Shown in pieces: positions 11,258 through 20,000 of a stretch of DNA of 20,000 bases. A program made the position numbers and the translations under genes. The notes under the pieces were generated by a model that was not told the DNA's origin, made no database searches, and worked only from the letters and a program-made list of their open reading frames with translations. Numbering within the stretch: the stretch's first letter is position 1; each line of letters begins with the position of its first letter. This stretch comes from Xylographa opegraphella (lineage: Eukaryota), in NCBI GenBank assembly GCA_022813865.1, contig JALDZX010000026.1, positions 301,939-321,938 of the forward strand, written 5' to 3'.

Positions 11258-12277
11258 TCAGTCTACATCATTCTCACCTCCGACGTCGCCCTCCCTCCAT
11301 CTGATTGCCCAATCACCCTTCGCAAAGCTCGCCTCTACCGCCACACCATTCATGACCGCCTCACACTTCCTCCTTCTCTCTTTCCCCTGTTCACTTATAG
11401 CAGCTTCAGGCGCGTCTGTTGTCTGCTTTTTCTTCTTCTTTGGTACCGCTTCCACCGCCATCCCATCGACAAAACCGAACGCACAACCGCGCCTGGCTGC
11501 TCTCCTCACCATTTCCTTCTCGTCCGCCCTCCTCTCCCCAGCCTTCCGCTTCTCCAGCATCTCCACAGTTTCTTCACCCCGCTCCGCCCTCCCCTTCTCA
11601 CCTCCAACACTTCCATTGACCTCGGCCTGCGACTGGGGCGGCCGGATTTTGCCACCGCCAAAATTGCTGTAGTCCGCATTGACGTCGCCCTTCAGGGGTT
11701 GAATAGCTTCATTTGCTTCGTGCGTGTCGTCGCTATCATCCGCACTCCCTTGATTTTCTCCGTCAACTTCCGCCTCCTCCATATCGATACTCTTCCAGTC
11801 GCCTGCCTCTGCCGCTCCACGCCTAGCTCGATTCTTCTTGCGCCCGAACACTTTCTCGGGATCATGCCTTGACCCAAACACCGCAGTCTCTACCTCGCTG
11901 CATGCCACTGTGATGCGGGGGTCGCCTTTCTTTTTCTTGGCCTTGACACCTTTGGCCTTTGTAGCGACCGCCTCCGCAGGAATTGTAGATGAAGTTGTAT
12001 CCGTGTCATGAATTGATGTGGCTGTTAAGCCGTTCAAGAGCGCAACGAAGGCATCCTCAATCTTACGATCCAATGGCCGTATTTTCTGATGACGACAACG
12101 GTCCGAGCAATATTTGACAACGGTATTGGTTGCAGCGTTCGACTGAGCTTTTCGGGTTGGAATGACCCGTCCGCATGTGTGGCAGTATGGCACTGTTTCT
12201 CCTTGAGACGTCAGATACAGCGGCGGTGGTGTGGCTGAGTGTTTGGTCGGCCGAGACCAAGAGTCCATCCAGCTCAT
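11258..12277 (-). CDS. Uncharacterised protein, about 339 aa, with a DUF2256-like Cys motif and a probable DUF3253-like domain interrupted by charged insertions
   Basis: Intronless ORF; first ATG at 12277 (MSWMDSWSRP). It contains CHTCGRVIPTRK...VKYCSDRCR, ITVACSEVETAVF, EMVRRAARRG and CEAVMNGVAVEASFAKGDWAIRW. Domain names are from motif recall only. Confidence 0.75.
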   Translation of the reverse strand: MSWMDSWSRPTKHSATPPPLYLTSQGETVPYCHTCGRVIPTRKAQSNAATNTVVKYCSDRCRHQKIRPLDRKIEDAFVALLNGLTATSIHDTDTTSSTIPAEAVATKAKGVKAKKKKGDPRITVACSEVETAVFGSRHDPEKVFGRKKNRARRGAAEAGDWKSIDMEEAEVDGENQGSADDSDDTHEANEAIQPLKGDVNADYSNFGGGKIRPPQSQAEVNGSVGGEKGRAERGEETVEMLEKRKAGERRADEKEMVRRAARRGCAFGFVDGMAVEAVPKKKKKQTTDAPEAAISEQGKERRRKCEAVMNGVAVEASFAKGDWAIRWREGDVGGENDVD

Positions 12278-13607
12278 TGTGAGAATTGTGGCAGACGCCA
12301 AGTGAAGTCCAGAGTTATGGTGATAGAATCGGGAGTCGCAAAGGCTCAAGCAGAGAGAAGATACATTGCGCTATCGATATGAACGTGCCGTACGTCATAT
12401 CAACATGATGCAGGCGAGGAAATTATGTCGACTTCAACTATCAATCCGCATACTGAAGAGACGTATGTTGTTCAGCCGAAGCTTGTATTGGTAAGCCTGT
12501 TGGCAGAGCCATAAAGAGTGAGCATTTCCTGGATTGAAGTACGCTCGGGAACAGCTTAGTTCCGCAGTATGCCAAATTAATAACTATATTCACCAACAAG
12601 AATTACTTTTTGGCATTGCTGGAAAATCATTTGAGCATGACCAATTTATTGAGTGACATTAGATTGGTATTGAAATCATATGTTTCATTTGTTACGCGTT
12701 TGTTACCCTTATATTGAGGTTCTCTTCATCGAATGCTATTGTCCGACTCTATCCTCATTAATAATACGTATCGGAAAGCATTCAATCTTTCTTTCCTTTT
12801 GAGCTTTATTAGCGCTCTAGAAATCTCATGGAGTCTCTTGTACGCTCTTGTTCCTCTGTTTAGAGTCACCTTCTTCTTTACTTTTGTACTTTTCGAGATT
12901 TTGAGGTAGCAATATAATACAAAGCCTCCTATCGTCAATCCTTCATAGACACACCGTGCGCTGATACTGATTGGCTTTCACTTCCGTATCTTGAATGGCT
13001 TCGGAATGGGTCTTGTGTGGGGACGGGAGCCCCTGATAGTCGTATCAAGCTTTTTGGGAAGAGGCAGAAGGAAGTGCCTAGGTGGTTACCTCGTTGCATA
13101 TCTGAGTCCATTGCTGTCATTTATCAGTATGTGTGACCGTTATAGTCTCGATCCTTTCTTTCCACTGAAGATGTGAGTTGTATGATCCAATGCGTGGAGC
13201 TTGTTCTCGTTCAAGTCAAGGCTGTCCTGTTCGAGATGTCAAGACGAGGGCCTTCCTTTCTCGTCCCACTCACAGCCATAGTTGTTGTCACAACTTGCAG
13301 ATAGTAAACCGTCTCCGAGTTCGTTCTCTGCACTAGCCACATCGCCTTTCGACTTGATCAAACAATACTTGCTGCACGTAAATCTACCTATATCGAGCAT
13401 CGCAAAGCCCTTCTTGTACAGCTCATACCATGATCGCAAGTGCCAGACCAGGATTGACTGACAGGGTTTTCAAATATCTTAGGGCTTGAAATACCAAGTC
13501 TATAGTTTCTAGACGCCGGACAAACCAGCCAGTTTCAGCTATTCAGTAGTTTACAACCTCGCAGCCGTTGATCATCGATAAGTACCATCCTCTCGACACA
13601 TTCCTCC

Positions 13608-13726
13608 ACATACGACCACAGACTCAAGAGAACTGGCTATCCCGTCCGCTCTGGCATACATAACCTTGAGATCGGCTGGTCAGTAGTTGGGCGGGTGACC
13701 ACCAGCGAATCCCAGTTGTTGTATGT
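13608..13726 (+). rRNA. Dispersed 5S rRNA gene (119 nt)
   Basis: ACATACGACCA...TCCCGTCCGCTC...AGTAGTTGGGCGGGTGACCACCAGCGAATCC...TGTTGTATGT. The termini pair (helix I), and helices CTCAAG/CTTGAG and CGGCTGG/CCAGTTG are intact. Confidence 0.95.
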
Positions 13727-13730
13727 TTTT
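13726..13730 (+). terminator. RNA polymerase III T-run terminator of the 5S gene
   Basis: TTTTT at the 3' end of the 5S sequence. Confidence 0.75.
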
Positions 13731-14026
13731 GCCATTTTCGAGTGGCCAGTTCTCAAGGTATACGATAACCTCTCGCGTCGTCGACCGACGGAACAGTCAA
13801 TCTTCTACTCGCGGTGAAAGCTTTCCTCTGTTAGTCCTAAGCTGATATTTATAAGCATGAAAAGAACGAAAAGGGCGTTAAAAGGCTCCGCAAAGAGGAT
13901 GATAAGTTAGGCGGAGGCCAAAACAGTGAGGTTCTACTCGGAGAGATAGGTTGACATCGACATATGTAAGAGCTGGGACATTCCAGGACTTGCTTATCAG
14001 TCTCATATGTCCAAGGCTCGGACAAA

Positions 14027-14679
14027 CCGGGCTCGCGGGGGAAAAAAGAAGCGAGACGTACTAACCATATTAGAACACTAATGCAGCAACGCAATATCGA
14101 TTATTTACATAACATATTATTTGCCCATATACCCTCTATTTATTATATTTTGAAAATGTTTAACTATTCTAGGATTTTCTTATTAATATTTCTGGTTCCT
14201 AATAATTAAATATGCGCGAACTGCATAATTTAAGCATGCGATTGTGACGGCTATAACATCAGTCACAGGTAATAGGGGTCGGGCTGGATCAGGACTAGCA
14301 CCTTTAGTATATACTCTCGCCCATGGAGCAGCCTCACCGCTTCTCCATCTTAATCTGGGTTGAAATCGTCCACCTAAAGCTTACGTTCTAGGCGTGCTTG
14401 TGTGGTGAGTTGATGAGCCGTAACAGCGATATCCTGAAGCTCTGGAACCTCGGTCTCGCGAAAAAGGAATGTTTTAGTCTTTTAGAACGTAAAAAGGGGC
14501 ATTTTCGTTATTATTAATTAGGGCAAGAACCCGCGCCCTTAGGAATATATTAAAATATTGACATAAAGTCATTGGGAGGTAATTATAATGGTTAAAGAAT
14601 AATAAAGACAACGCGTTTGTATTATTATTGTGTTTAAATATGGTTAGTACGTCTCGCTTTTTTTTCCCCGCGAGCCAGG
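14027..14679. mobile_element. Degenerate inverted-repeat-bounded element (MITE/DNA-transposon-like relic or inverted duplication) with RIP-like AT-rich patches
   Basis: Left arm CCGGGCTCGCGGGGGAAAAAAGAAGCGAGACGTACTAACCATATTAGAACAC (14027-14078) is the near reverse complement of right arm GTGTTTAAATATGGTTAGTACGTCTCGCTTTTTTTTCCCCGCGAGCCAGG (14630-14679). TpA-rich stretches lie just inside both arms. No clean TSD and no transposase seen. Confidence 0.5.
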
Positions 14680-15102
14680 GAACGACAATTATTGACCGAG
14701 GACCGGACGTTGCCCGCGACGAGCCAAGACAGTACGAGTTTAACCTCAGGAATGATTCCACAATTAATCCATCTGTGTAACCATTAGTTTTTCTTCTGGA
14801 CCAAATAATGAGACGACGATAGTGCTTCCGCTAATCTCTAGTATCTGCACTGACGTGCGGGGAAGCACCGAGGGGTAACACTACGGCAATTACCTAAGTC
14901 ATGCTGTCCTACCTATGCAACATTCATTTATTTACGGAATATGGCGAAGAGAGTTATGCTATTCCATGACCTTGATATATGATGTGCTCGTGCTCCAGTG
15001 CTTTCGGAAGCCTCAAATCTGTTCTCGTCTAATTGACGCCTTATAAGCGCTTGTCCATCCATCAATTATTCCGGTGAACAAAATCTGGAACAGCCTCCAG
15101 TC

Positions 15103-16486
15103 ATGCCGTCGTTGGAGGAGACTTTCGAGGAAGCGTGTAGACAGAGACAAATTCCAGGCGCAGTCCTCTTGGCTGCCGACATAGGGGGTACACAAACCAA
15201 TCCTTTACGTCCACCTTCAGTGCACCTCCCATCACTAACAACCTACCGTCTTCAGGTGAATTCAGATATGAGAAAGTCTTCGGCTCGCGCTCGCTCAAGA
15301 GCCCTGAATCGGATGAGCCTCTGGAAATGGACGCCATGATGTGGTATGCTTCATGCACCAAACTGATGACATGCATTTCGGTGCTGCAATGTGTGGAGCG
15401 AGGAGTATTGGTCCTGGACGACGATGTCACAGAAATCCTGCCGGAGCTCAAAGGCATAGAAATCTTGACAGGATTTGATGCAGAGACTGGCGCACCATTA
15501 ACCAAGAAAGCCACAAGAAGCATCACTTTGAGGTAAACCGAAACTTAACATAATTGGTTCATGAATGGTTAACAAATGTCAACCAGATATCTGCTCACCC
15601 ATTCTTCCGGGATGAGTTACGATATCTTTGATCCATTACTGCAGAAGTGGCGTGCAAGTCAAGGACAAAAAGTTGGCCAGGGAAAGACAGTTGTCTCAAA
15701 GTACGGCTGCCCTCTTCTATACGAACCAGGAACTGCTTGGGGATACTCTCCTGCCATCGATTGGGCCGGAAAAATGGTGGAGAGGGTCAACGACAATGTT
15801 TCCCTTCAGGATTACATGAAAACACACATATGGGGTCCTCTGGGAATCAAAGACATGATTTTTCACCTCCGAGACCGTCCAGACTTGGTCAGCAGATTAG
15901 CGGACATGAGCGCCAGAGATCCAAGTGGAAGCGGAAAAGTGGTCTATGTTGATGATCCTGGGTTCCGTGACGACGTAGATGACGCCCTGGGAGGCGGAGG
16001 CGTGTTTGCCAATGCACCGGAATATCTGAAGGTCCTGCATAGTATCCTGGCGGATGATGGAAAACTTCTTAAATCGGAGTCGGTCAACAAACTCTTCGAG
16101 CCAAATCTGACCAAGGAAAGCCAGCAAGCGTTGATGAAATTGCTGGAAAACAAGGAGCTCAATAACCGGCTAGGTGGCATGCCCTTGGGCACAGCCATGG
16201 ATTGGAGTCTTGGAGGACTACTGATCCAAGAAGACTTGCCAGGCTGGAGGAGACACAACACGTTGACCTGGGGCGGACTCCCGAATCTGACTTGGGTATG
16301 CTGTACTGAACATGCAGCATCAATCGTTGTTGACAATGGATACAGTTCATCGATCGTGAAGCTGGACTCTGTGGTCTCTATGCTTCTCAAGTTATTCCTC
16401 CGGGAGATTCCAAGTCAATTGAGATGAGCGGTATCTTTGAGCGGGCCATGTACGAGAAGTGTAAAGGCGTGACTCCTCGCATATAG
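15103..16486 (+). CDS. Beta-lactamase-family serine hydrolase / LovD-like esterase-acyltransferase, 403 aa, 4 exons
   Basis: Exons 15103-15187, 15256-15532, 15587-16295 and 16346-16486 total 1212 nt. Motifs: SxxK (ASCTK; Ser codon at 15351), ITLRYLLTHSSG, YEPGTAWGYSPAIDWAG, IWGPLG, GGGG and WGGLPNLTWFIDR. Confidence 0.9.
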
Positions 16487-17014
16487 CGTGTCGGTGAGGT
16501 CTAAGGTATCTGAGGCATGAATTGGGGCGACAGATGAAGAACGCGTTTATCGCGAATGGGAGGTGTATCACTGATGCTAGCGTACCGACTTTACTACAAA
16601 AATACTACTCTGGGCTAGCCTTGTGAGTAGCTAGATGAATGCCTCCTAATGTGGCTAAGATTGGGCCAAAGCTTGTCACATGCTGCAGACTTTTCCTTGG
16701 CCCTCGTGAAATAAGGGAGGGAGAAAGAATCTTGCAGGCTGGAGCGGGGCTTTGCTGCGCCGATCACTGACGGCTAGACTGTTCTGCGCCTAAATTATGA
16801 CGTTGACGCGCCAAGTTGAAGACTTTCGATCCAGCCGGACTTGCGATCTTCCACTAACGCCAGCCAGTCATAGCTTTTCTCTTTCCCTGACACTCTTCTG
16901 GCTGTGCTACTTATCAGAGGACATCAGAAGCTCGAGAAAGAGCTTGTTTCTCTGAACGTCGAATTCCATTCGAACACTCGACGCTCGGGTTGATCGTGTG
17001 GAACCTTGCCCGCC

Positions 17015-18662
17015 ATGGTATCGCTTTGGGGTTCGAAGAATGGAGACCCTAACCACGACGAGGAACACGATGAAGAACAGAACGGCGAGGGGAGTCGACC
17101 GACCTCTCGCCCTGCACGGAGAGAGCCAGATGAAAGAACTCAACTGCTACCTCCGAGCCGTGCTGGCTTCTTGGACCCTGATGATCCAGCTGTAAGTTTA
17201 GATACACTGTTGCAGGACCTCATGCTCATGTCTGGTTCTACAGGTGTCACCGTATAATCTGTGGAGTGTCCGCGCTCTACGATACTGCTCCATTCTCTTC
17301 CTGATAATCACCTTTCTATGGTGGGTCCTCCTCCTGGTGTCCATCTTTGTGAGCCCGCCGATGTTGCACACTCGAGGATCTGGGTTCTTTGATTTCTCCT
17401 TCACGACCCTTACGGCTGGAATCCTCCTCTCTGGCATACTGTTCTTCTCTGCCCCTTCAAGAGCTATGGAGATTACCAGTCTCATCATTGGGGTATTCCT
17501 CATTGTCGATGTAATCATTATTACTGCTACCGCTCGCATACGATTCGAGGAAGGGTGGGTTGGCATCGCATCCGTCATCTGGGCTGCACTTATGGCCATT
17601 TATCTCGTTTTGGTGGAGAGAGTGGTCGCATGGGGGAAGAAGGAAGAGGAGGAGCGCCTTACGGGTCGCCAGGAAACGAAACGCTCTCTCAAAGAGTGGC
17701 TTGCAGTGCTCTGCTCCACAATCATCATGACCGTCATGATCGTTGTTGTCGTGCTCCTCACGGCAACATTAATTCTACGTACACGGGATTCATCGCTCCA
17801 GCCTTCTGGAGACCGATGGTATGTCGACAATGACAAGTATGAAGTCCATGTTGCGTGTATGGGCAGCATAACTTTCAACGATGCTGGCGTGCGTAATCCC
17901 ACTGTTCTCGTCGAGGCCGGTGAAATGCCTTTCGAGGATACCTTTGACGATTGGGTCTACGGTGCATACCAAAATGGAACTATCGACCGTTACTGCTACT
18001 GGGACCGTCCGGGCATGGCATTCTCGGACAATGCTCCGTCTCCACACTCGGCAGGTATGTCAGCAGATGCTCTTTCCGAGGCCCTAGCACAAGCTGGCGA
18101 ACAAGGTCCGTGGATACTGGTATCTGCTGGCATTGGTGGAATCTACAGTCGCATATTTTCTGCCAGGCACGTAGGTGAAATCAGCGGCATCTTCCTCATC
18201 GATGCTATGCACGAAGACTTGCTTTACCAAGTCGGTTCCCCGCGCCGAGGGTTCATCCTGTGGGCACGTGGTGTCATCTCACCGCTAGGATGGGATCGGC
18301 TTCCAGCAGCTCTATTCAAAGGACGAACTCGCGAGGATCGTGTGTACGGCAAATCTGCCTACCAAGGAGGCAAGTTCATCAAGCAGCAGTTGCAAGAGAG
18401 TTTGGTCGCCAATTCTCTCACGAAGAGTGAAGTCTCGCAATCAAGACATATTCAGAGTAAGGACGTTCCACTTGTGGTTGTGAGCTCCGGTATTTCATCC
18501 CGGAAAGACGAAGAATGGGCGGCTAAACAGGAAGATTTGACCAAGATTACTGATAATTTGATTGGCTGGGAGACTGTCAACGGTGCACCGCACGAGGTAT
18601 GGAGGACCTTTGCGGGGAGAACGACTCTGGAAGCGATGTTGAAGAAGTTGGTTAAAGCATAA
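17015..18662 (+). CDS. Conserved fungal multi-pass membrane protein with a C-terminal alpha/beta-hydrolase-like domain, 531 aa, 2 exons
   Basis: Exons 17015-17191 and 17244-18662 (intron GTAAGT..CAG). The join gives FLDPDDPAVSPYNLWSVR. About 5 hydrophobic segments are followed by hydrolase-fold motifs PTVLVEAG, YWDRPGMAFSD, PWILVSAGIGG, GIFLIDA and GAPHEVW. Confidence 0.85.
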
Positions 18663-18820
18663 GCCGGAGATATAATGGATCTATTCTAAAAGTGCCCGGT
18701 TGCAGTACATATAGCGTTGATCATAGCTGTGTTTTCGTGTCGAGTGTTTTGTTCTCTTCTGAGTAAATGATTGTCATGAGTCATAATTGCATGTTGCCAT
18801 ATGTTTTGGAGCGGAAAGTT

Positions 18821-18950
18821 TCTGATAGTTCCTGATAGTTCCTGATAGTTCCTGATAGTTCCTGATAGTTCCTGATAGTTCCTGATAGTTCCTGATAGTT
18901 CCTGATAGTTCCTGATAGTTCCTGATAGTTCCTGATAGTTCCTGATAGTG
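18821..18950. repeat. 10-bp minisatellite (CCTGATAGTT) x13
   Basis: Eleven perfect copies at 18831-18940, flanked by single-mismatch copies TCTGATAGTT (18821) and CCTGATAGTG (18941). Confidence 0.98.
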
Positions 18951-19149
18951 CTTCGCCACTAGATTGCCTATATTTAATAGTCTTAGTGCCCTTGGGAAAT
19001 GCATAGCTCGCTGGCAAAAATGTACCATATTGATTCCAGCTTGTTGATATAGTTGATTTTCACCATGAATCGCAACATTTACAAAGCCAAACGCTCCCAG
19101 GAAATGCCACCTGAATACACGCAACTGCCTCCCAAGGACTTAGTCTACC

Positions 19150-19934
19150 TCATTTCTTACCCTTTCGCTTCTTGGTACTTCCCTTCCCCACGGTCCCGCC
19201 TGGCGTGGTAGGGCCTCCACTCTCCACCAGCACTGTATCCTCATCACTACCTTTCTCTCCGCCCGCTGTCAAGGGACGTGACACAGTAGCGGGCGTAGAG
19301 GTGCCTGTCCCCTTGTCACTCCCCTTATCGACCACCTTTTCGGCATCTATGTTCAATTCCTTCATGAACTCCGTTCGCGTCGTCTCCCGCTTCCGGTCCC
19401 ACCACTCCCGGTCCACCTTCGCCTGCGCCTGCACCTCCTCCACGCGCTTCCGGATCACCGCGTTTGTGGCCATCTCGTTTGCGGACTGGAATATGGTGGC
19501 GCCCCAGTTGGGGGCAAGTGCATTCGCCTATAAATTCAAGAATCAAAGATCAGCCCTGTTGTTCTCAATACGTCCTCTATGCTGATTACAGGGAAAGTCA
19601 TTTTAGATAGTAGTGTAATATATACATACCTCTTGGACTACATCCTTGAGCTCCTCCTCCATTTCTTTCTCAGCGCGCAGAAACCGCTGCCATAGCTCGT
19701 CGCCCACACTACCTCGTGCGAGCAACGTGCTCAGTGCTTGCTTGGCGCTCCGGACGGATATGATTCGGTGGATATCTTCTGTCGCGCGGCGGAGGAGGGC
19801 GGCTTTGAGGACTGAGTCTGGGACGGTGAGGGGCTTGTCCGAAGTGGGTGATGGTTGGTCCAGGTGTAAAAGGGAGAGATAGATGTTGCGTTGGAGGTGG
19901 GGAGGGAACCAGGGGGCGAGGGAGGCGGATTTGG
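19150..19934 (-). CDS. SEC66: Sec66/Sec71 subunit of the Sec62/63 ER translocation complex, 5'-partial (first exon lies beyond the window)
   Basis: Exons 19934-19630 and 19527-19150 (intron GTATGT..TAG); an upstream intron runs off the window. Protein: KSASLAPWFPPHLQRNIYLSLLH...VPDSVLKAALLRRATEDIHRI...GSVGDELWQRFLRAEKEMEEELKDVVQEANALAPNWGATIFQSANEM. Confidence 0.92.
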
Positions 19935-20000
19935 CTGGTAAGATAATCAGAAAAAGGTGGTAGCTGTGGGAGGATGGGCAGGAGACTGGCCGGGGGGGGG

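Noticed and set aside
12726..13439. Two same-frame minus-strand ORFs as a pseudogene
   Set aside because: The intervening ~100 codons contain several stops at about random frequency, and I recognise no family; BLASTX would be needed.
14410..14437. TTGATGAGCCGTAACAGCGATA...CTGA as a hammerhead ribozyme core or C/D-box snoRNA
   Set aside because: The core deviates from CTGATGA..GAAA, stem II is mismatched, and stems I/III were not found. The C-to-D box spacing is too short for a snoRNA. At most a decayed relic; an Infernal scan would settle it.
18774..19124. ORFs encoding NYQELSGTIR repeats; CRISPR-like array
   Set aside because: The ORFs are translation artefacts of a 10-bp minisatellite that is stop-free on the minus strand. 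There are no spacers or cas genes, and the context is eukaryotic.

Overview
Eukaryotic, intron-containing DNA from a filamentous ascomycete (Pezizomycotina-type gene structures: short GT..CTRAY..YAG introns, dispersed 5S rRNA gene). I could hand-splice eight protein genes: YOS1 (+), a CreB/Ubp9-Ubp13-type deubiquitinase (-), an LSD1-type SWIRM/amine-oxidase/HMG histone demethylase (-), F-actin capping protein beta (-), an uncharacterised protein resembling a DUF2256+DUF3253 fusion (-), a LovD-like beta-lactamase-family esterase (+), a membrane-anchored alpha/beta-hydrolase-like protein (+) and the 3' part of SEC66 (-). There is also a divergent but intact-looking 5S rRNA gene, a ~650 bp inverted-repeat-bounded relic with RIP-like AT-rich patches, a 10-bp minisatellite and a 40-bp tandem duplication. 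Most of the window is housekeeping, and I see no clear novel multi-gene system. The best leads are a dense SYGGRG (CreA-type) cluster upstream of creB, the phased GATA-containing minisatellite, the DUF2256/DUF3253-like protein, the serine-less hydrolase and the inverted-repeat relic next to the 5S gene. All family calls rest on motif recognition, not on database searches.
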